Part shown: positions 21,681 to 31,312 of the stretch, in pieces
How positions within the stretch are numbered: position 1 is the stretch's first letter
Layout: each line of letters opens with the position of its first letter
Position numbers and translations under genes: made by a program
Origin: Candidatus Hodarchaeota archaeon
GTDB lineage: Archaea > Asgardarchaeota > Lokiarchaeia > Sigyniarchaeales > SOKP01
Direction: 5' to 3'
Assembly: GCA_048887225.1 (NCBI GenBank)
Contig: JBHLJY010000002.1
Span: 64,001-128,000, forward strand
Length of the DNA: 64,000 nucleotides
Notes under the pieces: model-generated
What the model was told of the DNA's origin: nothing
Seen by the model: the letters and a program-made list of their open reading frames with translations, nothing else
The model's database searches: none

Positions 21681-22478
21681 TCATTTATTTTTGTTTAATA
21701 ATTTATATGCTTTTTTAACCTTATGAATTTTGGTCCTAAAATAATTAACAGAATGACTATCAGAACCTACAAAAATTTTTGCACCTTCATGATTTAATTG
21801 TTTTACAACTTTCTTTGAGGGAAAACTGCGCGCTATAGGATATGTTATCCCTGAAAGATTGTATTCAATCTGAATTCCATTTTCAACACAGAGTCTACCA
21901 AGATTTATTACTCTCTCATCCGATATATCACAATCAAAAGTCGGTTTTAAATCTTTTGGATTTAAATATCTAAAAATCGTATCAAGATGGCAAATATTTT
22001 TAAAAATTTTTGAATTTATTAGGCGTTCCATTAATTCAAAATACTCATCAACAATGTTTTTTATTTTTTTCTTTTTCAATAATTTTAACAATTTTTCTCT
22101 CGTTGTAACGGGATACCCAAAATCCATCTCGTGCAGTGTTCCTGCAATGAAATCTATCTGTTTTTCGTATTCATCCATGAATTCCCAAAGCTCCATTTCT
22201 CTATCAATATAATAATCTACTTCAAGGCCGCTTAAAACGGATTTGTAATTTTCTTTAATTTTATCTATGTCCTCAAGATATTGATCAATTTTACCATCTC
22301 CATAAAATGGATAATTCTTATCGTTTTCAATATAGTAAAGTTCGTAGTGATCCAAAAAACAAATATTGATTTTATTTTTTTCGGCCACTTTTATGTAATC
22401 TTCAAATAAAGGACCGAACTCTTTAATATCGTGGCTCCAACGCGTATGAACGTGGTAATCCGTATACTTGTACTTCAT
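21681..22478 (-). CDS. PHP-family phosphatase (HisK/histidinol-phosphatase-like)
   Basis: DYHVHT, DH, GLEVDY, CHLD, GSDSH. Confidence 0.88.
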   Translation of the reverse strand: MKYKYTDYHVHTRWSHDIKEFGPLFEDYIKVAEKNKINICFLDHYELYYIENDKNYPFYGDGKIDQYLEDIDKIKENYKSVLSGLEVDYYIDREMELWEFMDEYEKQIDFIAGTLHEMDFGYPVTTREKLLKLLKKKKIKNIVDEYFELMERLINSKIFKNICHLDTIFRYLNPKDLKPTFDCDISDERVINLGRLCVENGIQIEYNLSGITYPIARSFPSKKVVKQLNHEGAKIFVGSDSHSVNYFRTKIHKVKKAYKLLNKNK

Positions 22479-22518
22479 GGATTAACAAAAATCGTAATTA
22501 AATAGATAAATATTTTTT

Positions 22519-24429
22519 CTATTCACCCTCTTTTTCAAAAAAGACCTCGTAAAATAGCTCTTTTTCCCCTGCTTCAGGAGGGGTAATTATTGTTCGACCA
22601 CCTTTTTTTATTATATGAACAGTTTCTTTATTTTGAATATGGATATTTCCGTAAAAACCCTTAATTCCCTTTTCTTTTGCAATTTTTATAAGGTGGTTAT
22701 AGATAAAGGAAGCAATACCTTTTCCTCTCCATTCCTCCTTCACAACAAAACTAAATTCTGCCATGTTATTTTGGGGATTTAAATAATAAGTAGCATTTCC
22801 TACCATTTCTTGATTACCAATATCTCCTACAAATGTACCAATCGAAAATATGTTATGATAATCAATATTAACTTCATATTGAGCTTTTGAATGTGTAAAT
22901 TCTTTTTTCACTTCAAAGAATCTTAAATAACGATCTCTCTCATCTAAGGAATAATATAAATCTTTTAATAGCGGTTCATCAGTAGTATTTACTGGTCTAA
23001 TAATAACTTTTTTATTATTTATCATAAAAGAGGTTTCATATTGTTTAGGATATAAACAAATATTTCCATGCTCATCACATGGTAAAATTTGGTCTGAATA
23101 AACATATTTTAATGCCTTTGCATCCTCTAATAATTGCTGTCTAAAATTTGGATGTGCTATACAAATTAATTCAATAACTCTGTCGCGAATTGTTTTACCA
23201 TGTAAATAGGCAACACCCCACTCGGTAACAACATAACGTACATCCCCACGAGATAACATCACTCCGGCGCCTTCATCTAAATGGGATACAATTCTAGATT
23301 TTTTACCATCTCTAGTTGTTGATGGCATTATAATAATAGGTTTGCCGCCCTTAGAAAATGCAGAACCTCTCATAAAATCAATTGTTTCTCCTAACCCCGA
23401 ATAAAAAGAATAACCTTCTGTTGAAGCATTTACTTGTCCAGTAAGATCTATTTGTCGTGCTGAATTAATTGAAACCAAATTTTTATTTTTTCCAATAACC
23501 CTTGGATTACACACGAAATCTGATGTTCGGAATTCAATGTAGGGATTATTATGTATAAAATTGTATAATTTTTTAGTTCCTAAGGCAAAGCTAGTAACTA
23601 TTTTACCCGGAAAATAGTTCTTTTTTCTACAAGTTAGAACACCATTTTCGATAAGTGGTATAACATTATCCGTAATATAATGGGAATGCATACCTAGATC
23701 TTTTTTATCCTTAAGATGTTTTAAAACTGCGTTTGGTAAATCTCCAAAACCCACATGGATGGTTGACTTATTTTGGACTAGTGTTGCTACATTTTGACCA
23801 ATTCTCTCAGCAATTTCATCTGGTTCATCAAAATGAAATTCTAATAAAGGAGCGTCATTAAAGACAAAATAATCAATTTCCTTCATATGAATAAAACTAT
23901 CTCCCAGAGTCCTCGGCATTTGAGGGTTAATTTCTGCGATAATTAAAGAAGCTGATTGTGTTATTGGTTTCGCTATGTCTATGTTTATTCCAAATGAACA
24001 GAATCCATAGGGATCTGGTGGAGTTATTTGAATAAGAGCAACATCAATATATTTTCGCCCAGAGAGAAATAATAAAGGAATTTCACTTGCATAAATGGGC
24101 GTATAATCTGCTTGTCCGCTATTTATTTCCTCTCGAAGAATTCTTCCAATAAAAAAAGCGTTATGTCGAAACAAATCTTCCTTTTTATCTTTCCCGAAGT
24201 ATTTCTCGGGACCAGCATCTAGAAAATGAAGAATTTCGGTATCAATTAAACTTTCTGATTGCTTTATTAATTCTGATGTTAATGCTTGCGGTTTACTACA
24301 GCCAGAATCAATGAATACACGGTTACCAGGAAATATTTTTTTAATTGCATCTTCAGCGGTAATTTCCTTATCTTTCCATTTTTCTCGCCATTCTTGATCG
24401 ATAATATTCACTTTCTCCATTCTAAACAC
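22519..24429 (-). CDS. Acetyl-CoA hydrolase/transferase fused to C-terminal GNAT acetyltransferase
   Basis: DVALIQITPPD.YGFCSFG, EINPQMPRT, SINSA.QIDLTGQ, DFMRG, VVTEWG; GNAT part YLRFF...AEFSFVV.EEWRGKGIA. Confidence 0.9.
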   Translation of the reverse strand: MFRMEKVNIIDQEWREKWKDKEITAEDAIKKIFPGNRVFIDSGCSKPQALTSELIKQSESLIDTEILHFLDAGPEKYFGKDKKEDLFRHNAFFIGRILREEINSGQADYTPIYASEIPLLFLSGRKYIDVALIQITPPDPYGFCSFGINIDIAKPITQSASLIIAEINPQMPRTLGDSFIHMKEIDYFVFNDAPLLEFHFDEPDEIAERIGQNVATLVQNKSTIHVGFGDLPNAVLKHLKDKKDLGMHSHYITDNVIPLIENGVLTCRKKNYFPGKIVTSFALGTKKLYNFIHNNPYIEFRTSDFVCNPRVIGKNKNLVSINSARQIDLTGQVNASTEGYSFYSGLGETIDFMRGSAFSKGGKPIIIMPSTTRDGKKSRIVSHLDEGAGVMLSRGDVRYVVTEWGVAYLHGKTIRDRVIELICIAHPNFRQQLLEDAKALKYVYSDQILPCDEHGNICLYPKQYETSFMINNKKVIIRPVNTTDEPLLKDLYYSLDERDRYLRFFEVKKEFTHSKAQYEVNIDYHNIFSIGTFVGDIGNQEMVGNATYYLNPQNNMAEFSFVVKEEWRGKGIASFIYNHLIKIAKEKGIKGFYGNIHIQNKETVHIIKKGGRTIITPPEAGEKELFYEVFFEKEGE

Positions 24430-24602
24430 TTGATAGTTATAACGCTTTCTATCTTATAAATAAGTTTCTAGAATTTTTAATTTATGTACTTTTAATCATA
24501 TAATTTATGAATCCTAAAATAAATCTTTAAAAATGATTATGTTATTACTCATCTTAAAAATTTTATTTCATAAAGTATGGAAAAATAAAACCGTGAGAAT
24601 TT

Positions 24603-26642
24603 ATGTCAAAGGAAGAAAAAATAGCAACTGTTCTTACTGAAGATCGGAAATTTGATCCTTTAGAATTGAATCCGGATTTTTCCAAGACAGGAATAACCTT
24701 TGAAGAATATAAAAAACTCTGGAAACGGAGTGTTGAAGATTTGGAGGGTTTTTGGGGAGAACAGGCACAATCATTAGATTGGTTTGAGCCTTATGAAAAA
24801 GTCTGGGAGAGAACAGAGAATGACTTATTCCCAGGCAGGTGGTTTATCGGAGGTAAATTGAATGCAAGTTATAACTGCATTGATAGACATATTAAAGCAG
24901 GAAAAGGGGATAAACTTGCTATAATATGGGAAGCAGATGAGCCTTGGCAGGGAAGGACGTTTACATTTAAAGAGCTTAAAAGTGAAGTGTGTAAAGTTGC
25001 TAATGGAATGAAAAAGCTTGGGTTGAAGAAAGGAGATCGAGTTACTATATGGCTTCCAATGGTGCCCGAATTAGCGATTATAATGCTCGCCTGCGCTCGA
25101 CTTGGCGTTATTCATTCTATTGTGTTCGGAGGGTTTTCGAAAGAAGCTGTAAAAGATAGAATAGGCGATTCTAACTCTAAACTTTTATTTACCAGCGATG
25201 AAACGGCCAGAGCTGGAAAAACCTATCCAAAAATGGCTGATGTTGCTCAGATTATTGATGATGTTCCAACCATAGAACACGTAATTGTAGTTAAGCGAAC
25301 TGGAAATGAGGTACCGCATACTGACAAGGACATTTGGTACCACGAGCTTATTGAAGGGATGAGCGAAGAGTGTGAGCCTGAGGTAATGGACTCTGAGGAT
25401 ACCTTGTTCATTCTCTATACAAGCGGCACGACGGGAAAGCCGAAAGGCGTTAAGCATACCACTGCGGGGTATCTTCTTTATACGTCTTTTTCACATAGAG
25501 TCGTGTTTAATTATCAAGAGAAAGATATCTGGTTTTGCACCGCTGATGTAGGCTGGATTACGGGGCATAGCTATATTGTTTATGGACCATTGGCTAATGG
25601 TGCCACGACAGTAATGTTTGAGGGTGTGCCCACTTATCCCGATGTTGATAGGTTCTGGGATATGGTTGAAACCTATAAGATTACTCACTTTTATACTGCT
25701 CCAACCGCAATACGATCATTAATGCGATATGGCGATAGACCTGTTCTTAGGCATGATCTGAGCTCATTAAAGGCATTAGGGACTGTGGGAGAACCGATTA
25801 GCTATGGGAGAACCTCATAGTTCGGGAATAATCCCGAAGCCTGGACTTGGTATCATAGAGTGGTTGGAAAAGAAAGATGCCCGATTATAGACACCTACTG
25901 GCAAAAAATACGAGCATTTAGCTAGTATTTGCTAACAGAAACGGGCGGATTTCTTTTAACCCCTATAGCAACCGCAACGCCTACAAAACCCGGATCCTGC
26001 TGCCTCCCATTCTTTGGGATTAATCCAGTAATTTTTGATATAGAAGGAGATGAAGTAACTGATCCGGAGGAGGGGGGATATCTCTCAATCGGACCTAATC
26101 CATGGCCTGGAATTCTCAGAGATGTATGGGGCGATACAGAGCGATTCAAAAGAACTTATTTGGAGAAATATAAAGGTTACTATTATACAGATGATGGTGC
26201 ACGACGAGATGAGGACGGCTATTACTGGATTCTTGGTAGATTAGATGATGTAATTAAAGTTTCGGGTCATAGAATCGGCACCATGGAAGTGGAATCCGCA
26301 ATAGTGAGCCATCCAAAAGTAGCTGAAGCTGCTGTTGCTCCATTTCCACATGATATTAAAGGACAGGCAATTTGGGCTTTTATTACATTAATGGAAGGGG
26401 TAAAAAAAACCGTTGAGCTAAAACGTGACATCAAAATGCATGTAAGAAAAGAAATCGGTCCCGTTTTCCAACCAGACGTGGTTCAATTTGCGGATTCCTT
26501 GCCTAAAACGAGGAGCGGTAAAATTATGCGTAGAATATTAAAAGCGATTGCTTCAGGTACAGATATTGGAGACGTTACTACGCTCGCTGACCCTTCTGTT
26601 GTAGACGCTTTATTAGAAGAAAGAAAGAAAATAGAGACATAA
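24603..26642 (+). CDS. acs: Acetyl-CoA synthetase (AMP-forming), interrupted by two 30-nt inserts; spliced join(24603..25798,25829..25905,25936..26642) = 659 aa
   Basis: [66 protein letters not shown]; the middle segment [25 protein letters not shown] is intact and in frame between the inserts. Confidence 0.93.
25799..25828 (+). other. Candidate BHB/BHL-type intron 1 in acs
   Basis: 30-nt insert with in-frame TAG; 9-bp inner stem AGCUAUGGG/CUCAUAGUU; central helix (A)CCG/CGG(G); bulges AU^U and AA^U. Confidence 0.7.
25906..25935 (+). other. Candidate BHB-type intron 2 in acs
   Basis: 30-nt insert with in-frame TAG; central helix GGCA/UGCU, bulges AA^A and AA^C, inner stem AAUAC/GUAUU, outer pairs CU/AG. 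Confidence 0.8.
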
Positions 26643-26785
26643 AAATTAGGGAAATTTATTTTATTTATAAAAATTCAAATTTTTTTTTCATTACCAAATT
26701 GAATTTCAATATAGTATTATAAAATATTGACAATTAAGTATTTAACATTTTTGTTAAAAGGTGATTTAGAAAGAAACTCAAGAAA

Positions 26786-26811
26786 TTCTCTATTTAGTTC
26801 AAGATATAAGA
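26786..26811 (+). repeat. Palindromic boundary site, copy 1
   Basis: TTCTCTATTT-AGTTCA-AGATATAAGA. Confidence 0.85.
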
Positions 26812-26860
26812 GAGAAATGAAAAAAAAGAAGAATTTGAATTATAATTTTTTAGCGTTCTT

Positions 26861-27250
26861 CTATTCTAATTGCTTATAATAAACATAAACATTGAGTATT
26901 ATTAGTACGATAATTACAATCAGACCAACCCACGCTCTTACTAAATCTGCTGGGGTCCAAGGCATATAAATAAAGGAACCAATGAGCAAAATAAGAACCA
27001 GAATGAACCATAATATACCTACCTCCCAAGCCGGTTTTAGAGTCTCCAATTCCCCTCTTTTTAAACCAATTAGAAGACCAATTATTAATACTACCATAGT
27101 ACCACCATAAACCCGTATGAGATATGGGTTATAATAGGGTGTACCTGCGGCTATAATGTCTGGTAGTACCAAGTATTGAATCGCATATATAATACCAGCA
27201 ATCATGTTGATAATTGCGACAATTTTCACTTCTTTTGAGATTTCTGTCAT
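26861..27250 (-). CDS. Family A four-TM membrane protein
   Basis: Four hydrophobic helices, P...RxYGG motif, paralogs in array. Confidence 0.85.
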   Translation of the reverse strand: MTEISKEVKIVAIINMIAGIIYAIQYLVLPDIIAAGTPYYNPYLIRVYGGTMVVLIIGLLIGLKRGELETLKPAWEVGILWFILVLILLIGSFIYMPWTPADLVRAWVGLIVIIVLIILNVYVYYKQLE

Positions 27251-27307
27251 TTAATTTCTCATCTCTTAATTTTTTATTTTTTTTTTAATCAAATTCAAAT
27301 TTTTTTT

Positions 27308-27438
27308 ATTAGATATCTCACCCATAAATTTGGATTAAGTAATAAATTGATAAATAAGTATTTAAAGATTTAACATTTTTGTAATAGGCGATTCAGAAAG
27401 AAAATCAAGAAATTATTTATTTAGTTCAAGATATAAGA
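27308..27438 (-). repeat. Cassette promoter/leader repeat plus site copy 2 (27413-27438)
   Basis: ATTAGATAT.TCACCCATAAATTTGGATTAAG...AAGTATTTAAA...AGTTCAAGATATAAGA. Confidence 0.85.
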
Positions 27439-27532
27439 TTCTCTAAGGTTACCTATTCAAAAAAGCCAAATTTCAAACGATATTAAAAAAAAATGATTTA
27501 ATATTATAGAATTAAATCTTTTAAATAATGTA

Positions 27533-27826
27533 TTACATTCCTAATATGCTCATGGAATCTTTAACTCCCATTAAAACTTCGATTTTAATTTCGAATCCTT
27601 CAATCTCGATAAATGGAGCAAAATTTTTATATATATAAAGTAATGCATCATCCCCTTTTCCTTTTTCACAGAATATAAGTTGATAATTCTTAATACCTTG
27701 TGTTCCACTCGAAGTGGTGAATATTTGCCATTTTTTAATGAAATCTGGTAAATCCATTCTTTTAAACTTTTTTGCTGCTTCCATTGCTTTATGAGAGGGA
27801 TATGTTACAGTCACCATAAAAATCAT
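27533..27826 (-). CDS. Family B ~100-aa protein (dimeric alpha+beta barrel-like pattern)
   Basis: MVTVTYP..K..E...GK.DDA...IEGF.IKIEV shared with paralogs. Confidence 0.8.
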   Translation of the reverse strand: MIFMVTVTYPSHKAMEAAKKFKRMDLPDFIKKWQIFTTSSGTQGIKNYQLIFCEKGKGDDALLYIYKNFAPFIEIEGFEIKIEVLMGVKDSMSILGM

Positions 27827-27874
27827 TCATAGATCACCCTTTTTTAATTTTTTAATATTAGATTTTTATTTTTT

Positions 27875-27998
27875 ATTAGATATTTCACCCATAAATTTGG
27901 ATTAAGTAAAAAATTGACAATTAAGTATTTAACATTTTTGTTAAAAAGCGATTTAGAAAGAAACTTAAGAAATTATCTATTTAGTTCAAGATATAAGA
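27875..27998 (-). repeat. Cassette promoter/leader repeat plus site copy 3 (27973-27998)
   Basis: Near-identical to other copies. Confidence 0.85.
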
Positions 27999-28092
27999 TT
28001 CTCTAAGTCCTAACTATTTTCAAAAAAACGAGATAGTTATTTATATTTGACTATCACAATTAGAATTAAAAATAAATTTAATTAACAAGGTT

Positions 28093-29502
28093 TTGAAGAT
28101 GTTAAAAAAAAATATAATATTTAGTCTGATACTATTTTCTACCCTCATAACAACAAGCTTGCTATGTGCTCTTGCTCCAGAAACCGCTCCAAATCTTAGC
28201 AATCAGAGCGATAATACCTTAAATGCGATATCTCGTCCAAAGTCAAGCGCAGCGAAAGTTACGGAAAAGTGGTATAATGATGACGCTCCAATTGATATAA
28301 AACAAGTTGTAATCTCTGCCGATGGGAAGTATATTGCGGCATCGTATGTATCTTCCAGGAATGTGACGCTATTTCACAGGGATAGTAATTCATCTATATG
28401 GGAATTTGAAGCGGCCGCTAATATTGATGAAATTGCAATATCATGGAATGGATCTTATATCGTCGCATGCGATGATACTAATGTCTATTTATTGAATAGT
28501 ACTGCAGAAAATCCAAAAACAACGATGTGGAATTTTACTTATATCAGTAACAGAGATTATTCTGTAGATATTTCTTTGGATGGAAGGTATATTGCAGTCG
28601 GAATTGCAGAAGATGGGATGGGTGTATATTTATTGAATAATTCCTATTCTTCTCAAAACAAAAAAGAAGTATGGCACCAAGTTTATTCTGGTCCAACGCC
28701 TCATCCAAATCATGTAACAATCTCGGGGGATGGTAACTATACTGTAATTGGGGGCAATGGTAATCCGTGGGTTGATGTATATAACGAAACAAAAATCAAT
28801 CCAAAACCAAGAGAATGGAGATATGATACGACAGCAGCGATCCAGGATGTTGAGATATCACATTCGGGAGATTATTTCATTGCAGCTAATAATGACTGGG
28901 AGGTATATTTATTTAATACGACAGATTATCTAGGAATTCCGGTGTGGAACTTCACTGAAACGGCGGGTTTCAAGGGTATGGCGATATCTGCCGATGGAAA
29001 CTATAGCGTTGTAGCGTTTGGAAAATCCGTTTATTATTTCAATAATACATTCTCTGGTGTAAATTCGCAAAAGCAGCCGCATTGGGTGTTTAACACAGAT
29101 ACTACGGTCAGAGATCTGGATATTTCGGGAGATGGCAAATATGTTGTGGTCGCAACACAGAGCATGGGTACTCTTTATCTCCTGAATGATATAAAGATAA
29201 CACCAAAAACAGAAATATGGAAGGGATATGAAGACGATAAGGTTAACGATGTTTCAATTAGTGGATTTGGAGATTATTTCGCAGCAGGAATGAACTTACC
29301 AGGTCACGATCGAATTAGCTTATTTCATCATGATATATCAATACCAAGTATACCTCCTGGACTTCTCCCGGGGGACGATGATGACGATGACGATGAAGAA
29401 GCTATAATTCCATTCGGAAATTATTATCTTCTATTTGCGCTTCTTGCTATGCTCTCTTTAATTGTAATTATGAAGCGAAAAGCAATTTTTAAAGAGTTAT
29501 AA
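28093..29502 (+). CDS. Secreted WD40-like beta-propeller protein with C-terminal anchor tail
   Basis: Signal peptide; repeats V.IS.DG.Y...W; poly-Asp, IPFGNY, TM, KRK. Confidence 0.88.
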   Translation: MKMLKKNIIFSLILFSTLITTSLLCALAPETAPNLSNQSDNTLNAISRPKSSAAKVTEKWYNDDAPIDIKQVVISADGKYIAASYVSSRNVTLFHRDSNSSIWEFEAAANIDEIAISWNGSYIVACDDTNVYLLNSTAENPKTTMWNFTYISNRDYSVDISLDGRYIAVGIAEDGMGVYLLNNSYSSQNKKEVWHQVYSGPTPHPNHVTISGDGNYTVIGGNGNPWVDVYNETKINPKPREWRYDTTAAIQDVEISHSGDYFIAANNDWEVYLFNTTDYLGIPVWNFTETAGFKGMAISADGNYSVVAFGKSVYYFNNTFSGVNSQKQPHWVFNTDTTVRDLDISGDGKYVVVATQSMGTLYLLNDIKITPKTEIWKGYEDDKVNDVSISGFGDYFAAGMNLPGHDRISLFHHDISIPSIPPGLLPGDDDDDDDEEAIIPFGNYYLLFALLAMLSLIVIMKRKAIFKEL

Positions 29503-29684
29503 TATTACTTTTTTTCTTTTTATTTAGTTTGTGATTTATTATTAAAACTAAAAAATTAGATAGAAGGGTAAAAATAGTCTTAAAGAACAAAATGTAACAA
29601 TATCAATTACATATAATTATTATTGTATAGAGTAAAAATTATAATTATTTTTTTATCCTGAATATAATGAGAATTTTTTAGAGT

Positions 29685-30089
29685 TTACTTATTTTTTTGT
29701 TTTGAATTTGAAGGTCCTAAAGTGGTAGATGCAACTGTTGTATTATTTTGTAAATTTCTTATATAATCTGGCACTTGATAATTCTTAAATCTCTTTAAGG
29801 TATCATTGATATCATCTAACTTCCACAATAAATTCCGTTCAAATTCATTTAATTTCTCTACAAGGCTATTTTTATCATTACCAATTAGATTTTCGGCAGA
29901 TCTTTTCCAGGATTCTTTCTCTAAGATTTTTTTTAGTTTCTCAGTATTTCTTTTTTCTTTTGGTTTTTGTAAATGCTTTCTAATTCTATATTTCTTAATT
30001 CCATCAAAAAGATATTTGATACCTGCGATTGAAATTATAATTGTAAATATTAAACCAATAATTTCAAAAATTAATTGAATTTGGTCCAT
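29685..30089 (-). CDS. Hypothetical single-TM protein
   Basis: N-terminal TM followed by basic/helical region. Confidence 0.6.
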   Translation of the reverse strand: MDQIQLIFEIIGLIFTIIISIAGIKYLFDGIKKYRIRKHLQKPKEKRNTEKLKKILEKESWKRSAENLIGNDKNSLVEKLNEFERNLLWKLDDINDTLKRFKNYQVPDYIRNLQNNTTVASTTLGPSNSKQKNK

Positions 30090-30287
30090 ATTATTTATAT
30101 TCTTTTTTAATTATTTTAAAGTCAATAGGATTCAGGTTTACTAATTTTTTCTATGTAATAGTCATTTAACTCGTTGTTTGTTAAGCTCTTAGCTTCAAAT
30201 TAGAATTTAATAACATTTTTATAATTAGTATCTTAGATTTAAGAATATACTATTAAAAAGTTTTGATAAAAATTTGGAGTTGATTCT

Positions 30288-30539
30288 GTGGGAGGATTTA
30301 TGGTATTTAATTTGACTAAGAGGAAATTGATTTCTATGGTTTTTGCATTCGGTGTTGTAATTGTTATTTGGATTATCTTATATTTTATGGGTTGTAGTAT
30401 TGGTACTAATATGATTAATCCAGCGACATTCATTGATGCTCTAATAAGTTTTATTATTCTCTTAGTGATTTATATCGTTGTTTATTGTTTCTTTTATTAC
30501 GTGATTTTTAGGAAAGTAGAGAAAACCGCTGTTGTGTAA
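30288..30539 (+). CDS. Small two-TM membrane protein (likely start 30300)
   Basis: GGAGG upstream of ATG; two hydrophobic helices. Confidence 0.65.
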   Translation: MGGFMVFNLTKRKLISMVFAFGVVIVIWIILYFMGCSIGTNMINPATFIDALISFIILLVIYIVVYCFFYYVIFRKVEKTAVV

Positions 30540-30675
30540 GCGAAAGTTTTATTAATATTTTATTTAATTTTTTTTCTTTTTATTATTCTTTGGATAAAAA
30601 GTAGATTATTATATCAATAAAACCAAGAGTCAGGCATCTGTATCTTAAAGATCTTTTTTTGAAAATGATACTAAA

Positions 30676-30701
30676 TTATCTATTTAGTTCAAGATATAAG
30701 A
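30676..30701 (+). repeat. Palindromic boundary site, copy 4 (between convergent genes)
   Basis: TTATCTATTT-AGTTCA-AGATATAAGA; left flank unrelated to other copies. Confidence 0.85.
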
Positions 30702-30767
30702 GAGAAATGAAAAAAAAGAAGAATTTAAAATTATTATTCAAATTAGGATTTTATATTTTAGTGTTTA

Positions 30768-31094
30768 TTAAAACTCTGGAGCCTTCATCCCCAGCATTCC
30801 CATGGCTTCTACTACACTATACCAAACTTCTATTTTATATTTAAATCCTTCGATGTCATGGTACATCACCATGGATTCCTGAAGACGTACCATAAATTCG
30901 TCCATTTTTCCTGGTTTCGGTTCTGTTATTCCCATGGTTGTAATACCATCTTCTTTTGATCTTATGGCGCCCTGAAATATTTGTTTTTCTAGAGTTTTAT
31001 CGACCGGATATTTTTTCACAACTTCAAGATATATTTTTGCAACCTCTCTAGATTTATTAGCTGGAAAGGTTGACGTTACCATTACATAAGGCAT
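30768..31094 (-). CDS. Family B ~100-aa protein
   Basis: MPYVMVTSTFPANKSREV...KPGKMDE...IEGFKYKIEV; GAGGTGG RBS. Confidence 0.85.
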   Translation of the reverse strand: MPYVMVTSTFPANKSREVAKIYLEVVKKYPVDKTLEKQIFQGAIRSKEDGITTMGITEPKPGKMDEFMVRLQESMVMYHDIEGFKYKIEVWYSVVEAMGMLGMKAPEF

Positions 31095-31134
31095 GTTATC
31101 CACCTCTAATTTTTATTTTATTTTTAATTGGATT

Positions 31135-31260
31135 ATTAGATATTTCAACCATAAATTTATGGATTAAGAAAAAAATTGACAATTAAGTATTTAACATTTT
31201 TGTTAAAAGGTGATTTAGAATAAAAATCAAGAAATTATCTATTTAGTTCAAGATATAAGA
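31135..31260 (-). repeat. Cassette promoter/leader repeat plus site copy 5 (31235-31260)
   Basis: Near-identical to other copies. Confidence 0.85.
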
Positions 31261-31312
31261 TAGAAATGAGAAAAAAAAAATTGAATTAAGTTTTTTAGAT
31301 TTTTTTTCTACT

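Noticed and set aside
25818-25925. Pyrrolysine/amber readthrough of the two in-frame TAGs in acs
   Set aside because: Readthrough would put 10 extra residues into each of two adenylate-binding motifs, and no pyl genes are visible. Precise BHB excision explains the data better.
25797-25937. Programmed ribosomal bypassing (T4 gene 60/byp type)
   Set aside because: Take-off and landing codons do not match (ATT vs AAT; CAA vs CTA), and the stop is not adjacent to the take-off codon.
24603-26642. acs as an ordinary pseudogene or two separate genes
   Set aside because: No frameshifts or other stops, all motifs intact, and both lesions are equal-length structured inserts.
27914-27945. Bacterial sigma70 promoter from the repeated TTGACA
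   Set aside because: No -10 box at the right spacing, archaeal host, and the minus-strand TATA box explains the element.
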